Part shown: positions 36,400-43,710 of the stretch, piece by piece
Layout: each line of letters begins with the position of its first letter
Numbering within the stretch: the stretch's first letter is position 1
From: a virus
Lineage: Duplodnaviria > Caudoviricetes
DNA length: 45,906 nucleotides
IMG/VR virus record: IMGVR_UViG_3300013767_000014
Coordinates: 1-45,906 of that record
Reading direction: 5' to 3' (one strand)
Position numbers and translations under genes: made by a program
Notes under the pieces: model-generated
Databases searched by the model: none
What the model was told of the DNA's origin: nothing
The model's input: only the letters and a program-made list of their open reading frames with translations

Positions 36400-37166
36400 C
36401 AGTGTGCCCTCAGCCCTACCAGCTGTTGTCGGAGTTTATCCAGTCCACCACCACAGCGGATGTAGTTGTGGGCGCTCTTCATGACGTTCTCGTGCTCGTG
36501 CCCGATAAAGTTCGTCATGGCGATGACAGCATCCATGCCCCCTGTTTTCCCATGGATCAGCTGGGGGCTCGTACCACTCTCCACGAACCTTAGGTCCATA
36601 TCCTTGAACTCATGGGCGATGAGACCAGCTTGACCAGGCTTGAGACCGACCACCAGGATCTTCTGCTTCTTGAGCTTGTGAGCCTGGGCGATAGCCTGAC
36701 CCGGCTGGTTCTGAATAACACCTGGTGCCTCAGTATTGAGGAGCCTCTCCATCGCCTGGTCAATAGCGGTCTTCAGGTGCCCTGCGAAAGCATCGGCTAC
36801 CTGGGTGGCTATGGTCTGCAGGATGGAGCTTAGGAGATCGGTAGGAGGTGCTTGAGGAGTCTCAGGAGCTGGTTGAGAACGTTCTGTCTCAGCAGCCTTG
36901 TTTTCCTCGATGATCTTATGAATGTGAGCGGCGTGATCTGCTTTCTTCTTCAGGGTCGGAAAGATCACCTTAACATGATCCTTCGTACCTATGGTCTTCT
37001 GGCGCTCCTGCGGTAGGAGCATCTGTTGGGCCTCTCGGACCCGTGGCAGGAAGTCGTGGCTCGATTCCCGTACGCCTTTTAGTATCAGGCGCTCGCAGAT
37101 CTTCTCGATCTCTTCTTGGGTCCAGAAAACTGAGGATTTGCGTTTCGGCTTCGTTGTACCAGTCAT
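36399..37166 (-). CDS. Protein with a putative N-terminal DNA-binding domain and a C-terminal DUF2325-like alpha/beta domain
   Basis: FWTQEE N-terminus, KILVVGL...DAVIAMTNFIGH...GGGL C-terminus, strong RBS GAGGAG. Confidence 0.65.
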   Translation of the reverse strand: MTGTTKPKRKSSVFWTQEEIEKICERLILKGVRESSHDFLPRVREAQQMLLPQERQKTIGTKDHVKVIFPTLKKKADHAAHIHKIIEENKAAETERSQPAPETPQAPPTDLLSSILQTIATQVADAFAGHLKTAIDQAMERLLNTEAPGVIQNQPGQAIAQAHKLKKQKILVVGLKPGQAGLIAHEFKDMDLRFVESGTSPQLIHGKTGGMDAVIAMTNFIGHEHENVMKSAHNYIRCGGGLDKLRQQLVGLRAH

Positions 37167-37292
37167 GCGTGTCTCCTCTTAAGGGAACGACTAGGAACAG
37201 CTCGTTGGAGAATACACGATTATCTCGTGACGTCCTCATGACTTCTTGATGGATCGTGACAATTGCTTTGCAGTTCATGCAGGCGATCTCAT

Positions 37293-37331
37293 AAAAAAAT
37301 CCCCCAAGAGCTGACTCAGACTCTTGAGGGA
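37293..37331 (-). terminator. Rho-independent terminator
   Basis: TCCCTCAAGAG...CTCTTGGGGGA followed by TTTTTTT on the minus strand. Confidence 0.75.
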
Positions 37332-37374
37332 CAGACGGACCCGTCGCGGTGTGAGGCCCGGGTTGACGCACTGA

Positions 37375-37575
37375 CTACTGCTCGGTTGCTTCCAAGGCTT
37401 CCTCTCGGGAGTCGTACTCACCGAGACAGACAACCTCATCGAACTCTTGGACACAATACAACGTCCAGCCCTGCTCGGCCACGACCCAGTCGCCGACCTT
37501 GCAGTGCTTCAGGATGTCTTCACCTGGCGCGAGGATCACGACCTCTTGGCCCTTGTGGTTGATTCGCTCTGCCAT
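37375..37575 (-). CDS. Hypothetical protein (66 aa)
   Basis: RBS GAGGAGG; MAERINHKGQEVVIL... Confidence 0.7.
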   Translation of the reverse strand: MAERINHKGQEVVILAPGEDILKHCKVGDWVVAEQGWTLYCVQEFDEVVCLGEYDSREEALEATEQ

Positions 37576-37638
37576 ACAACCTCCTCTTGTATTGGGTTGT
37601 GTTGTTTCCAAATTTTGGATTCTAGGGGGCCAGTTAGT

Positions 37639-37797
37639 GAACGGCTGGAGTACCGCTAGCGTTCATCAGGTGACCGCCAAGGGCTGTGGGTATCCTGTGA
37701 GTAACCTGTGGACTCACTGTGGAAAACCGTTCACTTGACAAAACCTAGCGGTACTGCAGCCGTTCGCTAGAGGGGTTTAGCGGTACTCCAGCCGTTC
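37639..37797. other. Putative plasmid-type replication origin (iterons plus DnaA boxes)
   Basis: 21-bp repeat YTAGCGGTACTSCAGCCGTTC at 37745 and 37777, and inverted at 37639. TGTG-starting 9-mers at 37685, 37696, 37707 and 37718 resemble TGTGGATAA. Lies immediately downstream of the HTH initiator gene. Confidence 0.8.
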
Positions 37798-37815
37798 GAA
37801 ACAATACTTATAGAC

Positions 37816-38394
37816 TTAACCCTTGATACTCTTTAGTAGCTTAGGGCCAAGCGGAATCTGTGGATAAGCCTCGTCGGGAAGGCTGGGAACCTCCGAGGCA
37901 CGGATGGAGGCCTTCAGGGCACCAGCCGCTTCGTCCCAGGTGAATCCATCGCCAGGGATGATCTCGCAGTCTGCCCAGGCCTCTGGACCCTCTGTGCCCT
38001 CACTGACGGCTTCTGCGATCCCAGCGATCGTCTTTCGGATCGATAGGGGCACGTAATCGATCACGATGGTGCAGAGCACCCTCTCCCCGAGACGGACGTC
38101 CATGCGCTCGCGGGCGATGTAGGTGCTTGGCCGTTTCCCCTTCCCCTTCGAGAGAACTCGGAGCAGCTTGGCGTTCTCCAGGATCTCGACGCAGCTGTTG
38201 ACGGTCGTTTGGGAAACCCCAGCCATCTCTGCCAGGCGACGAGTGCCAGGCCACGCTTCCCCAGTCTCAAAATCGGCATGAGCCTTGATGGCTTGCCAGA
38301 TGCCAAAGGCATTCATCCCGATCTGCGCAGCCAGCCCAGAGGCGAACATATCGCGCTGCATGGTCTGGAAGCTCGTATCAACTTTTCCTTGCAT
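37816..38394 (-). CDS. Winged-HTH replication initiator (Rep) candidate
   Basis: HAD..TGEAWPG.RRLAEMAGVS..TV...V..LE...LL pattern of HTH_36-type initiators; adjacent to the iterons. Confidence 0.75.
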   Translation of the reverse strand: MQGKVDTSFQTMQRDMFASGLAAQIGMNAFGIWQAIKAHADFETGEAWPGTRRLAEMAGVSQTTVNSCVEILENAKLLRVLSKGKGKRPSTYIARERMDVRLGERVLCTIVIDYVPLSIRKTIAGIAEAVSEGTEGPEAWADCEIIPGDGFTWDEAAGALKASIRASEVPSLPDEAYPQIPLGPKLLKSIKG

Positions 38395-38435
38395 GGAAAC
38401 CCCCAAAAACGGCTAGCAAAGTGCAATGAAAATTA

Positions 38436-38939
38436 TCACAGGGCCCCCATCTCCTCGAGCATCTCATGGGCCATCTTCTTGGCTGCGCGATCAAGGAACA
38501 CCTGGATCGACTTGATGCCCCCACGGTTCTCCATGAGCCACTGGATTTGCAGGTAGAGCTCAGGGTCGATTTTGAAGTGGTAGCCCATCCGGTTCTGGTC
38601 CTGGAGCACCTGAGGGTTCTGCCAGGGAAACTTCGCGACACGGATGGCTTCCTCACGGGCAGCCCTCTGCAGCCTCTCAACCTCAGCCTGGGCCGCCGCC
38701 AGACGGTCTACAGTCGATTTTCCCGAGGCGGCCGGGGCAGGGGTAGCCTCAGGAGCCTCAGAGGGCTCTACGGGGCTCTGAGGGGCCTTCTGAGAGACTT
38801 TGGCCACAGGAGCGGGTTCCGGGGTAGTCACTTCTGCTGCAGGCCCTCCCACCGTCTGACTTGCGGGGGCGGGAGGCGGCGTCAGAAATTCGGCTGCGGC
38901 CTGGTCAAGCAGGTTCGGCTTCTTATTGCGGGTTGCCAT
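38436..38939 (-). CDS. ParG/ParB-like centromere-binding protein (C-terminal ribbon-helix-helix)
   Basis: Overlaps parA. It has a disordered Pro/Ala-rich N-terminus and C-terminal GYHFKIDPELYLQIQWL...SIQVFLDRAA. Start re-called at ATG 38939. Confidence 0.7.
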   Translation of the reverse strand: MATRNKKPNLLDQAAAEFLTPPPAPASQTVGGPAAEVTTPEPAPVAKVSQKAPQSPVEPSEAPEATPAPAASGKSTVDRLAAAQAEVERLQRAAREEAIRVAKFPWQNPQVLQDQNRMGYHFKIDPELYLQIQWLMENRGGIKSIQVFLDRAAKKMAHEMLEEMGAL

Positions 38940-39597
38940 GGCTGAAGAGCTCCTTAAAGAAAGTGTCCATCTCGTCGCGGGCCTTTTTGGTACTGTACTC
39001 GTACTCCAGAGCGCTCTGGCCCACTTGTGGAGCCTCCATGAATGCGTCACGCCCTTTGATCTCAATTGCCATCGTACTGTATTGTACAAGCTTGGACAAG
39101 AGTTGACGAGCCTCTGTAGCCTTGGTCGATCCCACATTGACCGAACACCTATTGAGCACTGCAAGAGCCTTCAGCTTCGGATTGAGCGTCCTGACGCCAT
39201 ACACCAGCGCATCCATAGGTGGCAGGGTGCGTGTGTCGAAGAAGGATGGCTGGCAGGGAGAGACCACCACATCGGAGATCATCAAGGCACTGCGGAGCTC
39301 GTTGTGTTCGGTACCAGGAGCGGTGTCGATCACCATGTCGTCGTACTCAGCTGCGTGACCCTGGAGCGCCTCAGCCAGATAGGTGGGTTCATCTGGGTCT
39401 GAATAGAGCGTGAAGGCCTTGAACTGCGGCAGATCCTTGTGTTTGTCACGCTTTGCTACAGCAGCGAACAATGCGCCTTGTCTGTCGGTATCCACTGCAA
39501 TCACCTTCCGTCCCATACAAGCCAGTGCAACAGCGGTATTGAAAGCCAGTGTGCTCTTGCCTGCTCCGCCCTTGGATGCTCCGAACGTGTAAATCAT
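38923..39597 (-). CDS. parA: ParA (type Ib / ParF-like) partition ATPase
   Basis: KGGAGKST deviant Walker A, VDTDRQG, VIDTAP and PCQPSFFD; 224 aa with no N-terminal HTH. Confidence 0.93.
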   Translation of the reverse strand: MIYTFGASKGGAGKSTLAFNTAVALACMGRKVIAVDTDRQGALFAAVAKRDKHKDLPQFKAFTLYSDPDEPTYLAEALQGHAAEYDDMVIDTAPGTEHNELRSALMISDVVVSPCQPSFFDTRTLPPMDALVYGVRTLNPKLKALAVLNRCSVNVGSTKATEARQLLSKLVQYSTMAIEIKGRDAFMEAPQVGQSALEYEYSTKKARDEMDTFFKELFSHGNPQ

Positions 39598-39615
39598 TAG
39601 ATGCTCCTGTGTTGT

Positions 39616-39795
39616 CTAAGGTTGTACAACTGTGGTGTATCGTACTACTTCACGGTGATTCTGTACAGCTTCGTGGTATACCCGAGCGGACATTGCGATC
39701 CCAACCATTCCATCCCAGGACACTGTTGTCTGGTAAAGGTTCCCATCGTGATACGTGGACACTTCAACATCACGGTCAAGCAAATCATGAAGCAT
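39616..39795 (-). CDS. Possible small hypothetical protein
   Basis: 59-aa ORF MLHDLLDRDVEV... with a weak RBS. Confidence 0.35.
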   Translation of the reverse strand: MLHDLLDRDVEVSTYHDGNLYQTTVSWDGMVGIAMSARVYHEAVQNHREVVRYTTVVQP

Positions 39796-39977
39796 TAAAA
39801 ACGACGACGCGGGGTACATACTCTGTCTCAGGAGCGGTTACTTGTTGTTACGGTGTGACGACCGGTAGGTGATTTTGTCTTCAGTCTGACACATTTGTTT
39901 TGCATCCGGAGACGTTTGTTTGACGTTTTGGGTCATTAGGGGAAACCTTATTGTCTCCCCCTTTGACAGCATGCTTA

Positions 39978-40772
39978 TTAACGCACTGCAGCAAGCAGCT
40001 CCTCGTCCGAGATGTGCGCATAGCGCATCGTCGTTTCGATCTTGCGGTGGCCCAGTTGTTTCTGTACCACTGCGATGTTGCCGGTGCGTGACAGGGTACG
40101 GGTTGCTGCGGTATGGCGCAGGGTGTGCAGGACGAAGTCATCGTCGCCCTCGAGGCCCATAGCAGCCTTCAGCTTCCCCCAGACCTGACGCAGCTTGTTC
40201 TTGTCCAGGTCGAACAGACCCTTGGCCAGCTCCTGCTCGGCACGGACGGAGAGGGGGACTGAACGAGCTTTGTCGGTCTTGTTGACCCACAGGCGGATCC
40301 AGGGGCCATCGATATCCTTGGCCTGGAGGTTCAGCAGCTCCCCACGGCGCATGCCGGTCTCGAGCAGGACGATCACGAACCGACGCACCTCGAGCTCACC
40401 CCAGGCCTCCAGGAGCTCCAGCATCTTGGTTTCCTCCTCAGGGGTCACCCAGCGGATACGACCAGCGGATTCCTTGGAGAAGGGCATCTTGGGCTTCTTG
40501 GCGAGCAGCTCACGCTCGTGGGCGTACTTAAGGATCGAGCTGATGTTGGCCAGCTTGCGGTTCATGGTGGCATCCGAGACGGTACCCTCCATCTCATCCA
40601 TGTACTTGTCGATGGTGAGAACGCTGATCTCGGCCACCAGGGTGTTCTCGCCCACGATCCCCACGAACTGCCAGGCGTTAGCGCAGGCGGTCTTCTCGTA
40701 TGCCAGGCCTTTCCACAGACGACGACTGGCGACCTGCACGAGCTGCTTCAGCGTCATATTCTTGTCCATCAT
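39978..40772 (-). CDS. Tyrosine recombinase (integrase/resolvase)
   Basis: TGMRRGELL, K, HTLRHT and LGH...TTMRY catalytic residues; 264 aa, too short for an arm-binding domain. Confidence 0.93.
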   Translation of the reverse strand: MMDKNMTLKQLVQVASRRLWKGLAYEKTACANAWQFVGIVGENTLVAEISVLTIDKYMDEMEGTVSDATMNRKLANISSILKYAHERELLAKKPKMPFSKESAGRIRWVTPEEETKMLELLEAWGELEVRRFVIVLLETGMRRGELLNLQAKDIDGPWIRLWVNKTDKARSVPLSVRAEQELAKGLFDLDKNKLRQVWGKLKAAMGLEGDDDFVLHTLRHTAATRTLSRTGNIAVVQKQLGHRKIETTMRYAHISDEELLAAVR

Positions 40773-40798
40773 CTGCTCCTGTGTTGTCCTGTATCACC

Positions 40799-40830
40799 GA
40801 AAAAAACCCACGCCGTATGGGCATGGGTTG
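40799..40830 (-). terminator. Terminator just upstream of the recombinase gene
   Basis: ACCCATGCC...GGCGTGGGT followed by TTTTT on the minus strand. Confidence 0.65.
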
Positions 40831-40846
40831 GATAATATTGGATAAG

Positions 40847-41038
40847 TCAGGGTTGTGCAAGTTCTTTTTGTACAACAGTGTCCGGGGCAGGGTACTCACA
40901 GATAAAGCATCCCTTACAACCTCGAGCAGCACACGTCAGTTTAGTGCGACGTCCGAAGATACGATCATATCCATCATCGTAAGCTTTGGATGGTGCATGT
41001 GTGCGTATGTTGTCCAGAGTGATGTCGTTACGGCTCAT
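40847..41038 (-). CDS. Small hypothetical protein with a Cys cluster
   Basis: SRNDIT.D.I.T...S.AY..GYDRIFG pattern followed by C...C..C..C. Confidence 0.7.
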   Translation of the reverse strand: MSRNDITLDNIRTHAPSKAYDDGYDRIFGRRTKLTCAARGCKGCFICEYPAPDTVVQKELAQP

Positions 41039-41266
41039 TCAGTCTATCTTCGAGAAGTACGATGCAGGTTGATCCACATGCTCCCCGTCAACATAGACCT
41101 GGGGCACACTGCGGTGTCCTGAAGCCAACAGAAAGAACTTGGCTGTCTGATCCTGGTCGATGTTACGCTCTTCGAACTCGATACCATTGGACTTCAGTGT
41201 GTGCTTCAGGATGACGCAGGCAGGGCAATTGTTCTTGCTATAAACCTGTACTGTCTTGGATGTCAT
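41039..41266 (-). CDS. Glutaredoxin / NrdH-like redoxin
   Basis: YSKNNCPAC and RSVPQVYVDG motifs. Confidence 0.9.
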   Translation of the reverse strand: MTSKTVQVYSKNNCPACVILKHTLKSNGIEFEERNIDQDQTAKFFLLASGHRSVPQVYVDGEHVDQPASYFSKID

Positions 41267-41284
41267 AATGTTCCTTATGTTAAA

Positions 41285-41689
41285 TCAGTAGTAGTCGTAG
41301 TCCCACCAGGCGAACGGGTCGTAGTAGTAGAACGACCAGCAGCCACCACACATCACCAGGATGAACAGAACCATCACCAGGTAGAAGCCTGAGTGGTCCT
41401 CGTGATATATCACCGGCTCTGCGGGAGCCATCTGTCCATCAGCCGGGACCACCACAGAGGGGGACACCACAGGGACGATGGGGACAATAGGTGGGCGGAC
41501 GACAACCACAGGGCGAGGGGTGTAGATCGGGCGTGGGACCACAACTACACGCGGGGCTGAATACATCGGACGCGGTGCAACGTAGGCCCGTGGGGCACTG
41601 TAGGCCCGAGCCACGATCACAGCTTCTGCCTGGGTCGCAAACATCCCTGCCAGGCACAGCAGCAGTACAGCAAACAGTTTCTTGATCAT
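41285..41689 (-). CDS. Exported Pro/Val-rich membrane-anchored protein
   Basis: Signal peptide ending AEA, APR/PRP repeats, C-terminal transmembrane helix and Tyr/Trp-rich tail. Confidence 0.7.
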   Translation of the reverse strand: MIKKLFAVLLLCLAGMFATQAEAVIVARAYSAPRAYVAPRPMYSAPRVVVVPRPIYTPRPVVVVRPPIVPIVPVVSPSVVVPADGQMAPAEPVIYHEDHSGFYLVMVLFILVMCGGCWSFYYYDPFAWWDYDYY

Positions 41690-41994
41690 CGATCATCTCC
41701 AGATCCTTGGATCATCCCACGAGCAGCACGGCTGGCCAGTTTGTTGAGGTTCAGGTTCGCAATGTCGTCCAGGTTCAAGCCATGGTCCTCGGCCAGGGCC
41801 GCAAGGAACCACAGGCAATCGCCCAACTCCTTGGCCAGGTAGGCATCATCGAGGCGCTTGTGGTCACGCTGGGCCTTGGCATAGGCCCCGTAGAGTTCGC
41901 CCAGCTCACCGATAAAACCGTCCTTGGCGTACTGGTGGTTAGCAGACGGGAGCCGGTAGCTCATCGCCTCACTTTGATAGTGATACAGATGCAT
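41686..41994 (-). CDS. MazG-like nucleotide pyrophosphohydrolase
   Basis: GELGEL...KELGDCLWF...NLNKLASR..RG.I.GSGD.R motif. Confidence 0.88.
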   Translation of the reverse strand: MHLYHYQSEAMSYRLPSANHQYAKDGFIGELGELYGAYAKAQRDHKRLDDAYLAKELGDCLWFLAALAEDHGLNLDDIANLNLNKLASRAARGMIQGSGDDR

Positions 41995-42242
41995 CAGGCA
42001 CCCTCCACCGCAGCGAACCCGACCTCAGGAATCGAATCGATAGCAGCCAGGAGCCCGTCCAGGTCGTCAGCGATGGTGCTGTCCATTTCCGGACCATGGA
42101 ACATCTCGGCCAGGATGAGCTCGTTGTTGAAGTCGATCAGGATGCGCTCATGTTCCGGTGTCGGATTGAGCTGCGCCTCGCGCAAGCCATTCATGTAGGC
42201 AGTCAGAACGATTGCTTTGAGTTTCAGTTGGGTAAGAGTCAT
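41994..42242 (-). CDS. Hypothetical protein (82 aa)
   Basis: Start re-called at ATG 42242 (ATGA overlap): MTLTQLKLKAIV... Confidence 0.65.
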   Translation of the reverse strand: MTLTQLKLKAIVLTAYMNGLREAQLNPTPEHERILIDFNNELILAEMFHGPEMDSTIADDLDGLLAAIDSIPEVGFAAVEGA

Positions 42243-42580
42243 TTCTTCGTTCGTTTGTCGATCTCGCGCTGGATGTACCAGGCGGCTTTCTTGAGATCCT
42301 CGATGGCGTCCTGCTTCAGGTCGCAGCGCCACACGTATTTGATTGCGTTGCCCAGGTTGAATCCCATGTGTTCGGTCACCTGGATGCACTCGATGCCCGA
42401 GGGATGAGCTGTGTAGTGGAGTGGGTGCTCGATAGGATCTGGTGTTCCAGGGGCCTTACCTGTTGCAAGTACCTGGGCCATCAAAGGCGTCAGAGAGGCG
42501 TTGGTCAGCATCTCCTGCGTCTGCGGGAGCATTCGCGGCACTACTGCAGCGGTGGTGTCATTGGTAACTAGGGCGTCCAT
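42239..42580 (-). CDS. DUF3310 / T7 gp1.7-like nucleotide kinase domain protein
   Basis: HPLHY...GIECI...FNLGNAIKYVWR...K...EDLKKAAWY motif. Confidence 0.88.
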   Translation of the reverse strand: MDALVTNDTTAAVVPRMLPQTQEMLTNASLTPLMAQVLATGKAPGTPDPIEHPLHYTAHPSGIECIQVTEHMGFNLGNAIKYVWRCDLKQDAIEDLKKAAWYIQREIDKRTKK

Positions 42581-43290
42581 AGTCGTGGTTGTTCGTTGTC
42601 AAAATCCCAGTCTTCAGCTCGGAGAATGCGAGCCATGCGGGCGTTCAGAATTGCGTCTTCGTCGGTGAGACCAGCCTTGATGTAAGCCTGGCGTACGGTC
42701 TCCCATACAGCCCCATGCTTCTTCAGGAGAGCTTCAGCACCCTTAGGGCCGATACCTGGCACACCACCGTAGCCATCCGTGGCATCACCCATCAGGGCCT
42801 GCTTGAGGAACATCCAGTTGGCGTCGCCTTCGGAGCTGTAGCACCACTGGCCCTCGAGCTTCTGGTTGAGGTGGAACATCTGGCCAGGGATCGTCAAGAG
42901 ATCCTTGTCCATCGTGCAGGGGAAGGCCTTGTCCTTGAACTTGGTGGCCAGGATCCCCATGCAGTCATCGGCCTCGAGACCAGGCTTCTCAAAATATGGG
43001 TAGGTGTTCTTCGCCCATTGTTTCAAGCCACCATAGCCAACAGGCTTCCTGGACCGCTTGGATTTGTAGAGTGGGTTCAGGGCCCTGCGGAAGTTGCTGT
43101 CTCCCGTGAAGCAGAGCTTGAACTCGGTCATCCCAGCAGCCTGGCAGACCTTGTCGATCCACGCCTGGAACTTCTCCTTTGCCTTGTTCAGGTCCGTATA
43201 GATGCTCCAGGTGTCCTCGTCCCATTCGATCTCTGTCTCGGCTCCTGCAGCTGATGCGTAGCACGTAATGTCAGCGTCGATCAGGAGCAT
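42568..43290 (-). CDS. 5'-3' exonuclease (T7 gp6-like)
   Basis: LLIDAD, NFR...YK..R, LEADD, DKDL, and GDATDGYGGVPGIG motifs. Confidence 0.95.
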   Translation of the reverse strand: MLLIDADITCYASAAGAETEIEWDEDTWSIYTDLNKAKEKFQAWIDKVCQAAGMTEFKLCFTGDSNFRRALNPLYKSKRSRKPVGYGGLKQWAKNTYPYFEKPGLEADDCMGILATKFKDKAFPCTMDKDLLTIPGQMFHLNQKLEGQWCYSSEGDANWMFLKQALMGDATDGYGGVPGIGPKGAEALLKKHGAVWETVRQAYIKAGLTDEDAILNARMARILRAEDWDFDNEQPRLWTP

Positions 43291-43523
43291 CAGACCAGCA
43301 CATCGTTGAGTGTGTACAGACCATCTTCCAGCGCTTCGATTAGCAGGTAGGTCTCGTCTTCGTCGTCCTGCCGATATGGGTCAACACACTCTGCAAAATG
43401 TGTGAACAGGGTGGACAGCTTCTGCTCATGCTCGCTTACTTCGATACCGTTGATGTTGACGCTGATATTCAGCATGTCACCGATCAGGTACGGGACTACT
43501 GTGACATTCAGTTTCTGATCCAT
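43290..43523 (-). CDS. Acidic hypothetical protein (77 aa)
   Basis: Start re-called at ATG 43523: MDQKLNVTVVPY... Confidence 0.6.
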   Translation of the reverse strand: MDQKLNVTVVPYLIGDMLNISVNINGIEVSEHEQKLSTLFTHFAECVDPYRQDDEDETYLLIEALEDGLYTLNDVLV

Positions 43524-43710
43524 GGATTTGCTCAAGCCCTTCTCGGGTGATGAACCACTGACGCCCAAAAACATCTCTGGACAGTCTGGTTGTGATGAAA
43601 CCAAGAGATGCCGCCATGGCAATCTCCTGGGCGTAGACGCGGGCGAAGTCGCCTTTCGTGAAGAAAGGGTTCGTCCAGGCACGTTGTAAGACTTCGTTAA
43701 TGGCATTCAT
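43477..43710 (-). CDS. T7 gp5.7-like protein
   Basis: VL......F....FAR..A..IA.AAS.GFIT...W.IT..G pattern; same position as T7 gene 5.7. Confidence 0.7.
   Translation of the reverse strand: MNAINEVLQRAWTNPFFTKGDFARVYAQEIAMAASLGFITTRLSRDVFGRQWFITREGLEQIHGSETECHSSPVPDR

Noticed and set aside
37639-37797. CRISPR-like mini array
   Set aside because: Only three copies, one inverted, with an 11-bp gap between the direct copies and no cas genes; it fits iterons better.
38940-39164. N-terminal extension of the 242-aa ORF 38436..39164
   Set aside because: It overlaps parA in another frame; the likely start is ATG 38939 (MATRNKKP).
39978-40772. Protelomerase of a linear N15-type plasmid prophage
   Set aside because: The protein is short with a standard integrase R-K-H-R-H-Y signature, and no long perfect telRL-type palindrome was seen.
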